64,000 bases of DNA, taken from NCBI GenBank assembly GCA_009103225.1, contig RHPI01003533.1:1-64000 (forward strand), in the 5' to 3' direction. Made by a program: the position numbers and the translations under genes. Position 1 is the first letter of the stretch, and every line of letters begins with the position of its first letter. This document shows, piece by piece, positions 46,819-61,129 of this stretch. This DNA comes from Chlorokybus atmophyticus. Its lineage: Eukaryota > Plantae > Mesostigma and Chlorokybus algae. The notes beneath the pieces were generated by a model that was not told the DNA's origin, searched no databases, and was given only the letters and a program-made list of their open reading frames with translations.

Positions 46819-49800
46819 ATGCAGGTGCTTGGTTTAAACATGCAGCTTGCGCTGCTTGCTTACTACTGATAGTGCTACCTCAGCAGCAACAGAATCCGCT
46901 GCGCTGTGCTGTGCTGTGCCGCATTTCTGTGCACATGCATCAGCATTGTTTGTTGTTATATGCACTGAGAAGCAAACTTCAGGTGCATTGAGCATGTTGC
47001 ACTTCAGTCTGTCATAGCTGGGTACATGCATGCGTACTGTGTCCAACCTCGCCTGTCAACAACAATGCTTGCATGCAACGACATTTCTCACGCTTGTGCT
47101 TGGTCTGGTAGGCACAGAAGCTTGCAATGCAGCTTCTTGGGTTGTCCGCTGGTGAGAAGCCGGCACCTGCATGCAAGGCAGCACTTGCAGACTTCTCCCC
47201 AAGTGCGATGCGCTTTGGCTGTTGCCGACCTTGAAGATGAGGAAGTTCAGGAGCAAGCGGTATGATACTTAGTTATGCATGGTGTTATGCAGTTTGTATG
47301 TTCAGTATGTTATATTATTATATTATAAACGTGGACGCATACTACTAACTTTTGCACTCAGCACAGTGCTGGCTTCATCACTGGCAAGTGCATGTGAGCA
47401 TGCACACGCTGTCAAAACACAACTCAAGCTGCGTTTACTTGGCTGACCTGATGGGCTCTACAGGTTACCAAGGAGTTCTCTTGGGGGTTAACAGACGAGC
47501 AGCAGTTGACGGCTTCAGTCACGCGCGACTCATCGAAAGTCACCGTCATTCTCAAGCAGAGCTTGGGTCCAATGGTGAGCGTAATAAAAGGACCTATGCA
47601 TGCAAGGATGTAGGATACGCACACAACTATTACCGTCGCGTGCAGTCTCTTCACCCTGAAACATGACGGTTGCATCGCAGATCCTGCCTGCCGTCCGGCC
47701 TGCCTTCTTAATCTGATACCCTGCCTGTTGGCAGCTCCTGCATTGGGGATGCAACGACTGGGCCGAACCCCTGCGCGAGTTGTGGCCGAAAGGGACAAAT
47801 GCTGTTGATGGAAAGGCTGTGCAGACACCATTTGTTGAAATTTCCCCTGGGCAATGGGAGGTATGTGGCATTTTGGTTGCAATGCAATGGTGGACCCTTG
47901 TTTCCTCACCATCTTACTTTGCTCTGTTGTCATCAGCTCGCACTGGACATTCCTGCAAACAAGGCGCCATCTGGTATTGTGTTTGTGCTCAAGGTATGTT
48001 ACTGGATAGCGGATAATGCTGGCCTGAATGGCAATGTGCTCACCACCTTACAGCAGTCATATGCATGCCTGTTATCAGGTCACTGACTCTTATTGGATCA
48101 ACAACGGTAGCCAATTTGGCATCGCGTTGAAGGACCCTGGCATGGACGACATTGTGAACAAGGTATGATGTTGATTGTGAGTGCTTGTCTTGTTAGGTGG
48201 TCCAACGAGCTGGCTATTTTTGTGACTTTGAAGGTGCTGTCTGCTGAAAGCGAGTGGTCCAACTGGTCGTTGTTCAACCGTTTCATTATGGTGAATGAAG
48301 TACTGGACGGAGCCGCAGATCTAGGTGCCGCCGGCATGGCGTTCATCCTCACATGGCTCCGGCTGTCCTCAAATAAGCAGGTGTTGTTTTGGGTTGTGTG
48401 CAACGGCTGCCAGTATGTTTTATGAGCACTTGACAGTTGGCTGATCTTGTGTCTTTGGCAACCGCGACAGTTGGCTTGGTATCGCAACAGCAACTACCAG
48501 TCAAAGGATATTGCTTGGGTGCAGAAGGTAAAGTTATACAAAAGCACAATCCAGCTCGCAGTACTTGTGCTCCATGAGTGTTTTTAACGCGATGGTGCTG
48601 TCTCAGACACTGGCCGAGAGGATGCATGGCAAGGCTCGGTCGCACCCAAATCCGGATGTCAGGCGGCTCGCACGTATGGCTATGGGCACATTGCCCCGTG
48701 GTGGCGGTGATGCGGAGCAGATTCGTATGGGCATTCTTCACATCATGCGCAGACATGGGATTCGGGAAGGGCACAGGTGCTGTCAAGCAGCCGCATCATG
48801 CTTGTTTGCCTGGTTGCGTATGCAAGACTACATGTTCATTCATTGCAGACCTGGCATTGAAGACAAATTTCTTGAGCAATGGCATCAGAAGTTGCATACG
48901 AACACAACCCCAGAGGACATCGCCATTTGCGAGGTATACCGACAGGAGTCTCGAAAGTACATTACAGGTTGTAATGTACTTTCCAGATTCCTGAATACAA
49001 TATATACGATGCTGATGATAGGCGTATCTGACATACCTGCACACGGCCAACATGGATGAGTTCTATCGCGTGCTCTGGGACAGTGGAGGTGTGAGTCGAG
49101 AGCGGCTTGCAACAATGGACCATCCTATCACGAGCTGGCCCGTCCATCTTCCGCATATGATTCCCGACTTCCAGGTCAACGTTCCGTACCTTCTAGCCTA
49201 CACAGATTTGTCAAGGTGCACGCTGTTAGGTCAGCCACTGACAGCACTCAATCTGCAGCATTTCCTTTGGATTCTGAAGGGCGTTCACGCTGGTACTGAC
49301 ATGGACACAATGGTTGAGATGAGCAAAGGTTCTCTCGACGGTGAATTGCAGGGGATGCTATACGACATCCTTGGAAATCGCGATGCCTGGTATGCTACAG
49401 CTGTTGTTGGGCCTGCATGTTCGCATTCGTACCCAGTGATTCCAAGGCACTTGCAAACCACCATGTCCTTGATTTTGCAGGTGGGCGCCTGGCAAAATAG
49501 TGGAGACCAGGAAGCGATTGGAGAATGTCTGGAGGAGCGAGTGGTCGCCTCGTGACACATTGCTGCTTGACATCTCACTCGACAACTACTTCGGCTTATC
49601 CATGGCACGAATTGACAAGGTGCGTGTGGCATACCGCTTGAACAATGCAGTCACTGTAATGATCACAGAGTAGTAATGAAACTGAAAGGCTGTTGCTTGC
49701 GCAGTCGACACTCTCTGGTGACAGCCTGGTAGACCTTATTGGACTTGTGCTTGAGAATGGCTGCATCGGTGCCGAAAGTGTAGACATCGCCCAATGCCTG

Positions 49801-52197
49801 CATCTGTGGAACAAAATCAAGTCTGAGACACGCTGGAGCAAAGAGTGGTCGCTGAAAGCCAAGGCCGCTGCAGACCGCATTGCACTATCCCTACAAAGTT
49901 AGTAGTAAACGGCTGTTTGTCCTTGGTGTATACATGCTGACGACATTGTGTGCTGGCAGCATACATGGATGGCACTTATGCGCTGGTGCAGCCATATGCC
50001 GAGCAGTTTGGCCAAAGATGCAACATCAACCAAGCGTACATTGCCAATTTCGGCGAGGAAGTTGTGCGTGGACAGCCCTTGTTCAATTTGTCCATATTCC
50101 TGCAACGGCTTGACCCAATGCTACGGAAAGCAGCCGGCCTGAGCAATTGGCAGGTAATTTGGGTGTGCATGTTGACACCTAGCTCTAAACAACATGAGTC
50201 TGGTGCTTGGCACTCAGTGTGCATGAGCAGATCGTCAGTCAACAGCGAGTTGAGGGTGCAGTTGAAGTCATAGACTCCCTTGGAGACGTGCAAGGCAAGG
50301 TTTACAAGGCGCCGACGGTGCTGATAGCTAGGCAGGTTGGCGGCACAGAAGACGTCCCTGAGAACGTGACCGCTGTGCTCACAACAAGCTCTGTTGACAT
50401 CTTGTCACATCTTGCCATCCGTGCGCGCAATGGCAAGGTATGTGATATCGCCTTCAGCAGTGTCAAGCATGTATCTAAGAGCAAAGATTTACAATGCTTT
50501 GTTATATACGTGCAGGTTTTGCTGGCGTCCTGCTATGATGCAGAGGCTTTTGACCAGCTGCAAGGTTACAACGGCAAGCATGTGGCTGTGGATTTCAGCG
50601 CCAGCGGTGACATCATCATGAACTGTAAGCAACGTTGCTACAAGCGCCATCAACATGTACATCATCATACACAAGCTTACTCTGGCTTTCTACAGTGGTT
50701 GATGCACCGACAAAGAAACAGGGAGGCAAAGGCAAGACCACAGTGGCACCTCTCGCCTTGTCCAGGCCGCAGCCATCTCAAGCGTGGGCTATCAGTGAAC
50801 GCGAGTTTGCTGCTGGTGTGGTTGGAGGAAAGTCCCACAACTTGTCCAAACTCCGGGGCGCCTTGGCCGCAAACATCAACCTGCCGGCCTCTATCGCTCT
50901 GCCTTTTGGGACCTTCGAGAGGGTTTTGAAAGAGCAAGGCAACAAAAGGCTGGCAGGAAAGGTATGACAGCTCGTGCATGCAACGCCACTACCAACCTGC
51001 AAGTGTCATAAACATGTCATCTCATGTGTGTAATGACAGGTGTCGAAAGCGTTGGAACGCATGGACGCCTCTAAAAAGGCCGACACGGTGCCAAAAGAGC
51101 TCAGCGAGTTGCGTGCGATGATCGGGCAGGAGCTGTCTGCACCTGCAGCGTTGAAGAAAGAACTCACTGCTATCGCTGAGAAGGAAGGGTTGATAGCAAA
51201 GGGTGGCTGGGAGAAAGCTGCTGCTTGGAATCGCGCGTGGAATGCAATCCGGCAGGTGTGGATTCCCATGTGCTATACATATAATGACAGCTTATGGCAG
51301 ATGCATCGACTGATTTGCCTCTGTAGGTGTGGGCGAGCAAATGGACAGACCGTGCATACCTCAGCAGAAGGGCGAGGAGTGTGCCAGAAGACAGCCTTGT
51401 TATGGCCTGCTTGCTGCAGCGCATTATTCCTGCTGATTACGCATTCGTCATTCACACACAGAGTCCTGTACAAGGTACAGTACACCAATCACTGTGCCAG
51501 TAACAGTACCTCATGCTTTCCATCTTATTAGACATTGGTTGTAAGCTGCGGGTGCAACTTGGCATCTTCATCCTCCAGGTCATCAGGATGAGCTGTTTGC
51601 GGAAGTGGTAGTTGGCCTCGGCGAGACACTTGTCGGAAATCACCCTGGCCGAGCACTCAGCTTCGCAGTGAGCAAGAAATCAGGTGAGCCCGGTTATGAT
51701 TAACAGACCAGCAGTACAGATTACATGGAGAGCTAACAGCTCTCTGTTGCCCGACTCAGGTGCCGCTCCAGAAATCGTGCTGTACCCCAGCAAGCGAACA
51801 GCACTCTTTGGCATGGAAGGCTCGCTGATAGCGCGCTCTGACAGCAACGGCGAGGACTTGGAGGCCTTCGCTGGTGCGGGTCTGTATGAGTCGGTGCTCG
51901 TGCACAAGGCGTCTGAGAGCCTCGTGGACTACGCCGGCGAGCCCCTTTTCTGGGATCCCGCGGTACTGTGTTGCTGTTGTGTCGCGTGACTGTTGTTGGC
52001 GTTGCTTGGTTTCAACCATCAGACTGACATGTTCCCTCTCTGGTTCAATCCAACAGTTTCAAGCTACTCTGCTGCAAGGCATCACTGAGTTGGGTCTAGC
52101 TGTGGAGAAGGCCTTTGGTGGTGTGCCGCAAGACGTCGAGGGCGTGTACTCTACAGGCGTGTTCACGGTCGTACAGTCCCGGCCACAGATCGTGTGA
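46819..52197 (+). CDS. GWD: Alpha-glucan water dikinase (GWD/R1 family), multi-exon; start codon approximate
   Basis: CBM45-like LHWG...W...VQTPF; WLRLSSNKQL.W.RN.N; WHQKLHTNTTPEDIAICE; phospho-His segment DILSHLAIRARN; VGGKS; SNGEDLEAFAGAGLYESV; PQDVEGV...VVQSRPQIV* ending 52197. Confidence 0.93.
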
Positions 52198-53095
52198 TAT
52201 GTCATTGCATGTCCTGTGCACAAGGCACAGTAGTTCCAGGCACTAGTGAATGCTTTGTAGAAAAGTGCATACACACAATCAAGCAGCATATGGTAGTATA
52301 GAGGGGCCACATAGGCAGCTTGTAACGGTGCTGCATTGTTGCAATCGCCGTGTATTGCTTTATTCTTTTTGTCATACCACTCCACATGTATACAATGCAT
52401 ACGTACAACATGCGGCTGCATGCTCTACTGCAGCCTAGCATTCAGCAGATGAGAATACTGAGTAAGCAACATGACCATGTACATACGCAAAACTGACCCT
52501 GGATTGCTATTGCCGATGCATGCGCTGTGAGTGTAATGTGATGTGATGTGACTACCGACCTATTGCACGTGCTGCCATATCTTATATAGTGTATTATGAG
52601 ATGACTGAGTAAGCAATGGCATTGCCTTCGCCAACAAGCTCGCAGGAAAGTGAAACCAAATGCATATATCCGATTTTTAAATCGGATATATGGTGATCAC
52701 CATTGCAGGGATCAGTGCAACTGCGCAGAGAAGGCCTGTGTGTCGTTCACAGACTGCGCGCCTCAACAGAACTTGGGACAAACAGGCGGTGCATGCCGAT
52801 TTGCCACACATCCAGTCCCAGCGCGGCGTGTGCTGTTGGTGATGACGGCGCAGCTCTTATGTCTGTTATGACCTCGCTGTTGCGGTAGTTGCCGATATGC
52901 CAACAGTAACATGTCCAGTACCACACCACAGGAAGACTTACTCAAGTTTGCAACACAAACAAACTAGTCACCTTGACCGATAAACTCGGTTTCGGCTGGT
53001 ACTACTTTACAATGTACACAAACCTATGGACACGACTTGCAAGACAGACACGCATAACACGCTTTGTATATCAAAGGTAGCGCTGAAGGGTTATA

Positions 53096-56000
53096 TCAAA
53101 CAGCTGGTGGGGCCGGCGAGGCAGGAACATTGTGCTTGCGTTGACCGTCTGTGCCCGGCGCAGCGAGCAACATATCAACCTGAGGCAGATTCTTCGACAC
53201 AAAGTCATGCGTCTCAAGCTCGTCCGCTTCCTCAATACCCTTGGCCTTGAAACCCTGAGGACAGAATTCTCAATTAGTTTTTTGACTTCACCGCACACAC
53301 AGATGTGCACACACGCACAGGCAGGCACACGTGTGCACACTCATGCCGACACTTATGCACATATGCACACACAGGTACACACATCAACACACACGCACAC
53401 GCAGTCAGCATGCTGCGTCTTGTAACCTGTTCTTGAGACACATGAACGCAAACACAGTGCTTACCTGTTTGGGCTCAGTTGAGCTGTCATACTCATCCTC
53501 CGGATACTTGCTCTTCTTCACATACTTATAATAGAACCAGTCCGGCACATTGAGTATCATATACACACATATCCCTCCAATCACCCCGTACGCAATCGAA
53601 TAAGTCAGCGGCATGAGTATGATCGTCACGAAAGCCGGCACCGCATCCCCGACGACATTCCAACGTATGTCGAAGCACGCCTTTGCCATCATGGACCCAA
53701 CTATAACGAGGGCAGGTCCCGTAGCGTAAGGTGGGATGGAGGCGAAGATGGGTGAGAAGAATAAAGCGACGAAGAAGAAAAACCCGACGGTGAGAGCGGT
53801 TAAACCGGTCCGACCACCTTCGCGGATACCCGCAGCGGATTCGATGAAGACGGTGCAAGGAGAGGTACCCAGCGTGGAACCGGCAACGATCGCAAGGGAG
53901 TCGCTGATGAAAGCCTGGTACTGACCAGGAAAATCACCCTAGAAACAGATTACAGATAGGCTCAATGCAAAGTTTCAGCTCTCACACAGGCAGACACACA
54001 TGCAAGCATGCACAAGCGTGCGTTCAGATACACACATGCACACGAGCTCACCTTCTCGTCGACGTAGCCTGCGAACTTGGCCATTGAGTAGAGCGTGCCG
54101 GTGGCGTCCATGACATCGACGTAGAAGAATGTTGCTAGGGCGAGCCAGACATTACCTGCGACACAACACCCAACCGTCACACACACATGCTTCGGTGTAA
54201 AAGTTGTTCTCCAACGCAATGACATCCGGAGTGCAACGGTCTAACGTTGGCATAGAGTGGACATAGCGCAATGGTGGAATGAGCCATACGCAAGTCTGGT
54301 GCAGTGTTGCGGGTGCCTGCATACACGTGCGTGCGTGTGCGAGCGCGTGTGCATTCAGGTATGTGCGCATGTGCGCATCCACGCTTGTGCGCGTGCACGT
54401 GCATGTGCACATCATCCCATTCCCCACCCCAACCCACTCACCCGACGCCAACCCCCCGAAATCAAACTTCACCGCCGTCTTCTCGATACTATGCCACGTG
54501 GCCACCTTATTGAAATACCCTTTCCTTATGTCCGCTCCCGCAATCCCGCCTGACGCACTCAAATAACTCGCGGCGTGGTTCGGTATCCATGATATAAAAG
54601 TAACAAAGGCTATCCCATAAATCATCGCGCCGTTGAGACGGAGCTTCTGCGCCCACGCGATCACGATGAAACCGCAGATGCCGAGCCAGAGAGTAGCGGA
54701 ACGCATCTTTTTAGAAGTGCAGATGTAGTTGCCGGAAGAGGGACCCGTGACAACAGCCTGTGTGGGGGAGGGAATGGTTACTTGTGCACATGTTGTGTAG
54801 ACAATGCACACGCACATGCGCGTGTGTACGAACGCGCGCACATATATGCTCACACACAGACATGCGCAGATGCGCCCTCAGGCGTGCTCGTGTGGACAAA
54901 CAAGTGCTCGCACGTGCGCACACACGCACATACGCATGTATGTGCAGCTGCAGTGCACACACACATGCAGCTTACGACGATAGAGCAAACACGCACAGTA
55001 GCCAATAAGCACAAAGAGAAACAACTGTGTCTCACCGTCCCGTTTTGGAATATTTCCACGGGCGCCACCGCCGCCCGGTACGCGGGCGGGCATCCCCCGA
55101 GTCCGACGAGGGTGGCGGTGTCCATGGTGACGAGACCGACGCCCTCGCTCTGCTGGAGACCGATGAAAGAGAGGAAGATGCCAATGCCCACACCCGTTGC
55201 CAGCTTCACGGGAGCTGCACACAGATGGAAACATGTTGCAGTTCACACATGCACGTGAGAGTATAAATGACCCACACATCCACACATACCTACGTTCCCA
55301 CACGGCCACACATGCCCACCCATACATGCACATACTGGGTATGGCGCTCATGCGCATGCACACCCACACACGCCTCCTCATACCCACACATTGTAACCAC
55401 ACATACCCACACACATGTACACCCACCCCGACTTACCCGGTATCGCCTTTGCCAGTCTCAACCTCAGTCCCGTAATCGCCAACAAGAAAAACAGCCACCC
55501 TTCAATGAACGCCGCGGTGAGCGCCGCGCTATACGTCACGTTCCCCGTCCCCCTGTACCCGACGACCGTATACGTGAAGTAGGCGTTGACGCCCATCCCG
55601 GGAGCGATGGCGAGCGGCAGGTTGGCGAAGGCGCCCATGAGGAAGGTGCCGATGAGGGAGGAAGCGGCCGTGGCGGTGATGAGGTCGTAACGAACGGTCT
55701 GGAGACAACGCTCATAGCCGAGGTTGGCGCCGCCTTCGGGGTTGAAAGGGTAGTCTGGGGGTGGAGAGGGGGTTAGTGAGAGATATCTGCATGCATGCAT
55801 ACTCGTGCAGGCGCGTGTGCACGCAGGCATGCAAGCGTGCGCGAGCATGCCAGTGCACATGCATGCGCGCGGGTCCATGTGCGCATCTCGCACGCACACA
55901 CATGTGCAGCCATGTGCACGCATACATACACACGCACTCACGCGCACGCATGTGTGCGTATGTCTGTACGCATGCGCTCACACTCAGACACATGCGCACG

Positions 56001-56342
56001 CGCACTCGCACTCGCACTCACTCTCCAAGCCATGAGCGACCCTCAAACGACATGCACCACCCTATGCACCCATCCAATCCAATCCAACCCAACCCACAAC
56101 AACACAACAACTCCAACACCCCAGACTCACTCGGGAATATGCACCACCCTCCCTCCTCCACCCCCCCCAGCACCTCCCCTCCCTCCCCTGTCGGTTCGCA
56201 GTCCGCGGCGGAGCAGGGACCCCCCGAGTCCGTCAGGATCGCCGCGTTCACCGCGAGGATGTAAGCCATCGTCAGGAAGGTCGCCACGCCGGCGCGGAGC
56301 TCGGTAGTCAAGGTGGAACCGCGGTCGCGTAACTGAGAGGAG

Positions 56343-56382
<40 letters not shown>

Positions 56383-56773
56383 CGTGGGTGTGAGTGGGTG
56401 GGTGGGTGGGTGTGTCCTCGTTCGTATGCGTGAATGCGTACATGCGTTCGCATGCTTACGTGTTTGCATGCGTGTAGCCGCGCGCGCGCATGTGTGTGTG
56501 TACTTGTGTGCGTGCGTGTGTTCCGGGAGTGACACACTCAATAGGACTTGGATACTGGGACAGTAAGTGCTGATGCGTGTTACAACTGTCAAGCCTGAAC
56601 ATGACTCGTGACCCTCCACTACCACCACTAAGGACTCTGGAAAAAAAGTACTGAGAGACTGTCTGCCTCTACCACTGCACCAACCACACCTTGAAGTAGC
56701 GGCCGACGAAGCTGTCGGCGACCTTCTCGTTGAGGTTGTGGACGCCCTGAGCGAAGCGCTCCTTGAGCGCCAT
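53096..56773 (-). CDS. AZG: Adenine/guanine permease, AzgA/AZG (NCS2) family, multi-exon
   Basis: [26 protein letters not shown]; [19 protein letters not shown]; [12 protein letters not shown]; [14 protein letters not shown]; [14 protein letters not shown]; [18 protein letters not shown]. Confidence 0.93.
56345..56380. repeat. (GT)n microsatellite in an AZG intron
   Basis: About 18 GT units. Confidence 0.95.
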
Positions 56774-57798
56774 GTCTGCGGACGAATGCTTGCAATGCGT
56801 TCACACGGGAAAAGCAGTTCCTGGGCAGAGTCAGTAAAAAAACTTTGTGCAACCTTTGGCACCGACGTCCTCTCGCCAACTACACCGCCAACGCCGCCGC
56901 CGACACCGCCCAGGTGAGCAGAGATTTCCTCAAGGCCATGCGCGCCTCGCCCACACCGTATCTCAGCTCAGTCACACTGAACAGTGCGCTCTCGTGGGGT
57001 TACGTAACTTGATACTCCGAACAGATACGCCGTGGACTCTTTCTCTCACGCGATATAAGAGGCATGTCTGACGGCTTCGCACCTTTCTCCCAGCTACATT
57101 TAAACAGATATAAAGTGTTTGCTCGATAAGCGTGAGGGTACGTACGTGCGCGCTCTCCAAGCGTCATCCGGCCAAGATATACAATGCGACCGGTTGGGCT
57201 CGGATGCGCAGCTGCGCGTTTGGGGGAAACAAACGCGACCGGGTACCGGTCGCCTTCTGACCGACTTTACATGCGACCAAAAGTCGCGGCCGACAAAGCC
57301 GCGCGCAGTACCGTCTCATCGAACGCGGACAGTCAGCGGCTCGTCTTCCGTCGATCAAAGAGCAAAGCAGAGTTGAGCAGCAGATCCCACGGCTGACAGC
57401 GCCTTCTCCCGCGGCTCCTATGATGATGCTCAGGTACACAAGTACCGTACGGCAGGTGGGAACGCAAGCGAGGCTGCGCATTGCCCGATATCGGTGGGCG
57501 TAGCAATTCCACGCCTATATCAAGCGTATGCGCATAACATTACGCTCACGTGACGTTTGTTTCCAATTTTGGCTTACGTCGCGCGCGCGCGCGTTCGTGA
57601 GATTGGCCCGGGCGCCAGGCCAGGTGGCGTGTGGCCTGGACCAGGCCGCCTGGTCGTCAGGCCACAGGCGGCCTAGGAGGGCGTCAGGCCAGGCCAGGGG
57701 GGAGGGGTCATCAGGCTAAAGGACCAGATCAGGGAGGGTGGAGTGCTGAGGACAGAGAGATCAGACTAGGTAAGGGCGTGAAACGGGAAGCTCAAGGG

Positions 57799-60700
57799 AT
57801 GGGCTGCGGCGCTTCGTTGCCTGGGGACACCTTGCCTAAGGAGGTGGAGGTGACACAGGCCAGGCCAGGACAGGCCAAGGATCAACACAAGGACCAGGCC
57901 AGGGTCCTGGCCAAGGACCAGTTCAGGGATCAAGCCGATACTGTCAGCTTCCAGGCTCAGGCCCATCAGGCCAGGCCGCCGCAGGACAGGGAATTGGTGC
58001 CTGCATCGCCGGCGGTGCCGCCTGTGCTGTCGTCGCCGCCGCCGCCGCCTGTCCCAGTCGAGCAGATATCGCCGTCAGGCCGGGGGCTAGAGCAGCGGAT
58101 ATCCACGCCACCAGGCCAGAACCACCAGGCCGCCTCCACCTCTGGCGCACAGCCCTTGCCGCCCACGCCCAGGCCAGCACCGCCGCCGCCGCCACAGCAG
58201 CAGCCAGATCACAGCGACCAGGCCACGACAAGCTCCTCCAGCCCACCTTCACCGTCAGGCCAGAATGATTACAGTCAGCATCATAACAGCTATGATCAGG
58301 CCAGTAGTAGAAGTATTAGCCCACAGCAGCTGGCTTCATCATCAGGCCAAGAACATCATCATCATCATCAACAACAACAACAACATTCACAACAGCAGAA
58401 TTTTGACGAGAGTCCAACAACGCCTACGACGCCTTTCCTAACCGCCGACACAACAACAGCCACAACAGCCACAACAACAAAAGCTAGCAATGAGTTGCTT
58501 GATCGCCTGATAGTCCACAAGCCACGCGCGTCTGAAGACAACATATCCATGCCTGCCCTCGACGCCACTTGGCCCAAAGCGCCAGGTGCGTACATATGTG
58601 TGTTCGTGTGCATGCGCGTACGCGAAAATCTTGCTGGCATGCAGAATGGCATATGTGTGTGTGTGTGTGCAGGAAGTCTACCAAACTCACCAAAGAATGG
58701 ATCACGCAAGAGAGTGCGAGACGTGTACCGGATAGGTCACACCCTCGGGACGGGTGGTAAGCGACACACATACCCACGCACACACACGTGCAAATGCACA
58801 GACACCCACCCACATACACACGCAAGCGTGTACGCACGCAGGCAAGGAGACACGCAGACATGCGCATAGGCACGTACACACGCACACCAACATTTGTGCC
58901 CCCCCCCAACTATGCGCACGCGCACACACATACACACACCTCTTCCTCAGGTTTCTCGGTAGTTAAGTCCGGCACCCACAAGGCGACTGGCGTCGACTTC
59001 GCCGTAAAGATCATGACGCTTCCGACGGGGGACGGGCGAAGAGAGCGTGCCGCACGCAGCGACATTTTCAAGGAGGTGGACATACTAACCAAACTGGACC
59101 ATGAGAACGTGATACGACTCGTGGAGTGGTTCGAAGAACACAACAAGGCAAGGACAACACAACACTATGTACCAGATCACAACGACAACTGCTAACACGC
59201 ACTTGCGCGCGCGCACCCACACGTACACATACACGCACACATACACACAAAACACAACGTGACGACAACATGATAACCACCACAACATCAGATATATCTG
59301 GTGACGGAGTTGTTATCTGGCGGCGAGTTGTTGGACGCGGTGTTGGATCGCGGGACGTACACGGAGATGGACGCTAAAGTGTGTTTCAGGCAGCTTCTGC
59401 ACGCCATACGATACCTGCACTCGCACGGCGTAAGCTGATAATGATTTTTGGTGGTGTAGTACTGATCTGAGTGAATTGAGAAGATGAGAAGATGAGTGAT
59501 GTAAGTGATTCAACAAGTGAACTGATTTGGCCCCTGTGGCGGGGTGTTGCTGCAGATTGTTCACAGGGACTTGAAGTTGGAGAACTTACTGCTGGTCAGC
59601 CCAGAAGACATCACAAGAGTACGTGCTAAGTATACCCACACGCATACGCGCACGCACGCACACGCCCAGGCGCGCATGCGCATGCGGGCTGGTGTGGACA
59701 TATACACGCACGCATATATGCACATACGCGTACACCCATTTTTTGACATATTCAAAGCTGTCAAATTGAACAGATCAAAGTTGCTGATTTCGGGTTGGCT
59801 GCCCGTGTTGCCGAGACCCGGTTGGACTCGATATGCGGCACTCCTCAGTATGTCGGTAAGCACGTGCAGTCTGTGTCAATCTGGTATCTGGAATCACATG
59901 TTCCTACCATCAGTAGTAAATGTGTTGTGTGTCACTACACAGCACCCGAGGTGATATCCGGCGGCGGTGGGCGAACATACACGTCTGCCGTGGACATGTG
60001 GTCCGCAGGCGTGGTGCTGTTCATCCTTCTCGGTAAGTTGCGCGTGCGTGCGTACGTGCGTGTGTGCGTGCGTGCGCATGTGTATTTACGAGTGAGTACC
60101 ACAGTGTTGTTGTAAAATTGTCAGTCAAGCTCCCAATAGCACAACACATTACCACAACCTCAGGTGGGTATCCCCCCTTCTACGACGAGTCCGAGGGCGC
60201 CCTCTTCCAGAAGATCCGACGCGGCGAGTACTCTTTCAACGATCCGGTCTGGGACAGCGTCGGCCAGGAAGCCAAAGACCTTGTCGCCAACCTTCTCATC
60301 CTCGACCCGGAACGCCGACTCACCGCCCAACAAGTAAGAGCATCTGTAGAGCATACACACACACATGAACACATACGCACATGCGCACACTCACTCACTG
60401 ACTTGCTTACCTGTTCCCTCTACACCCTTGAACTTGGCTGCATAACTGTGTTTCAAAAGTAAATCCACAAACACGTTTGCTTATGTGTGTCTCATATTGC
60501 CAGGCGCTGCATCACAAGTGGATTACCGAGAAGGGTGCTGTTGTGAACTTGGAGGAGACCAAGTTGAGGCTGCACCAGTACGCCGCGCGCATGAGGGTAA
60601 GACAGAGACAACGTGTGTGGTTGTGTGCTTAGTCACAGTCATTGCTCACTGTTGTGTGTGGACAAACAGATCAAGAAGGTTGGAAGGAGCGTGATGGCCA

Positions 60701-61129
60701 TACACCGGCTCAACACGCTCGTGGACAGGAGCTCAAGAAGATCCTCTCGTTCAGCCACGGCGGATGCCGCCGCAGCCGCTGTTGCCAACGCAGGTAATGT
60801 TGCCTTCAATGGTATGTCTCACATGTAAAGAATAAATAAGCTCATCACTCGTTGTTGTGCATGTGCGTGTGTGTATCACAGAAGCAGAGGACGCTGCGCG
60901 AGGCGAGAAGTCCCCGTCATCGCCGCCTGAGAGCCCCCCCGCGAGTCCCGCAAGTCCAACAACACAACAACAACAGCAGACACGTGCTCCAAGGCAGAGC
61001 ATGGACCCCGACTACGACGCCGACAAGGACGTGGACAGGGAGGTCGACCGCTACCGCATGGAGAGCAAGGAGGTCGTGTTGGACACGAACATTGGCAGCC
61101 AGAAGTTTATCATCATGAAAGGGTTCTGA
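57799..61129 (+). CDS. CaMK-family Ser/Thr kinase with an N-myristoylation motif and no EF hands, multi-exon
   Basis: MGCGAS start; LGTGGFSVVK, FAVKIM, EVDIL, HRDLKLENLL, DFGLA, CGTPQY.APE, DMWSAGV, GYPPFY, LDPERR; basic CaM-binding-like helix ARMRIKKVGRSVMAIHRL. Confidence 0.9.

Noticed and set aside
54152-56570. Many overlapping His/Thr/Cys/Val-rich ORFs
   Set aside because: By-products of CA/TG-rich introns in the AZG gene.
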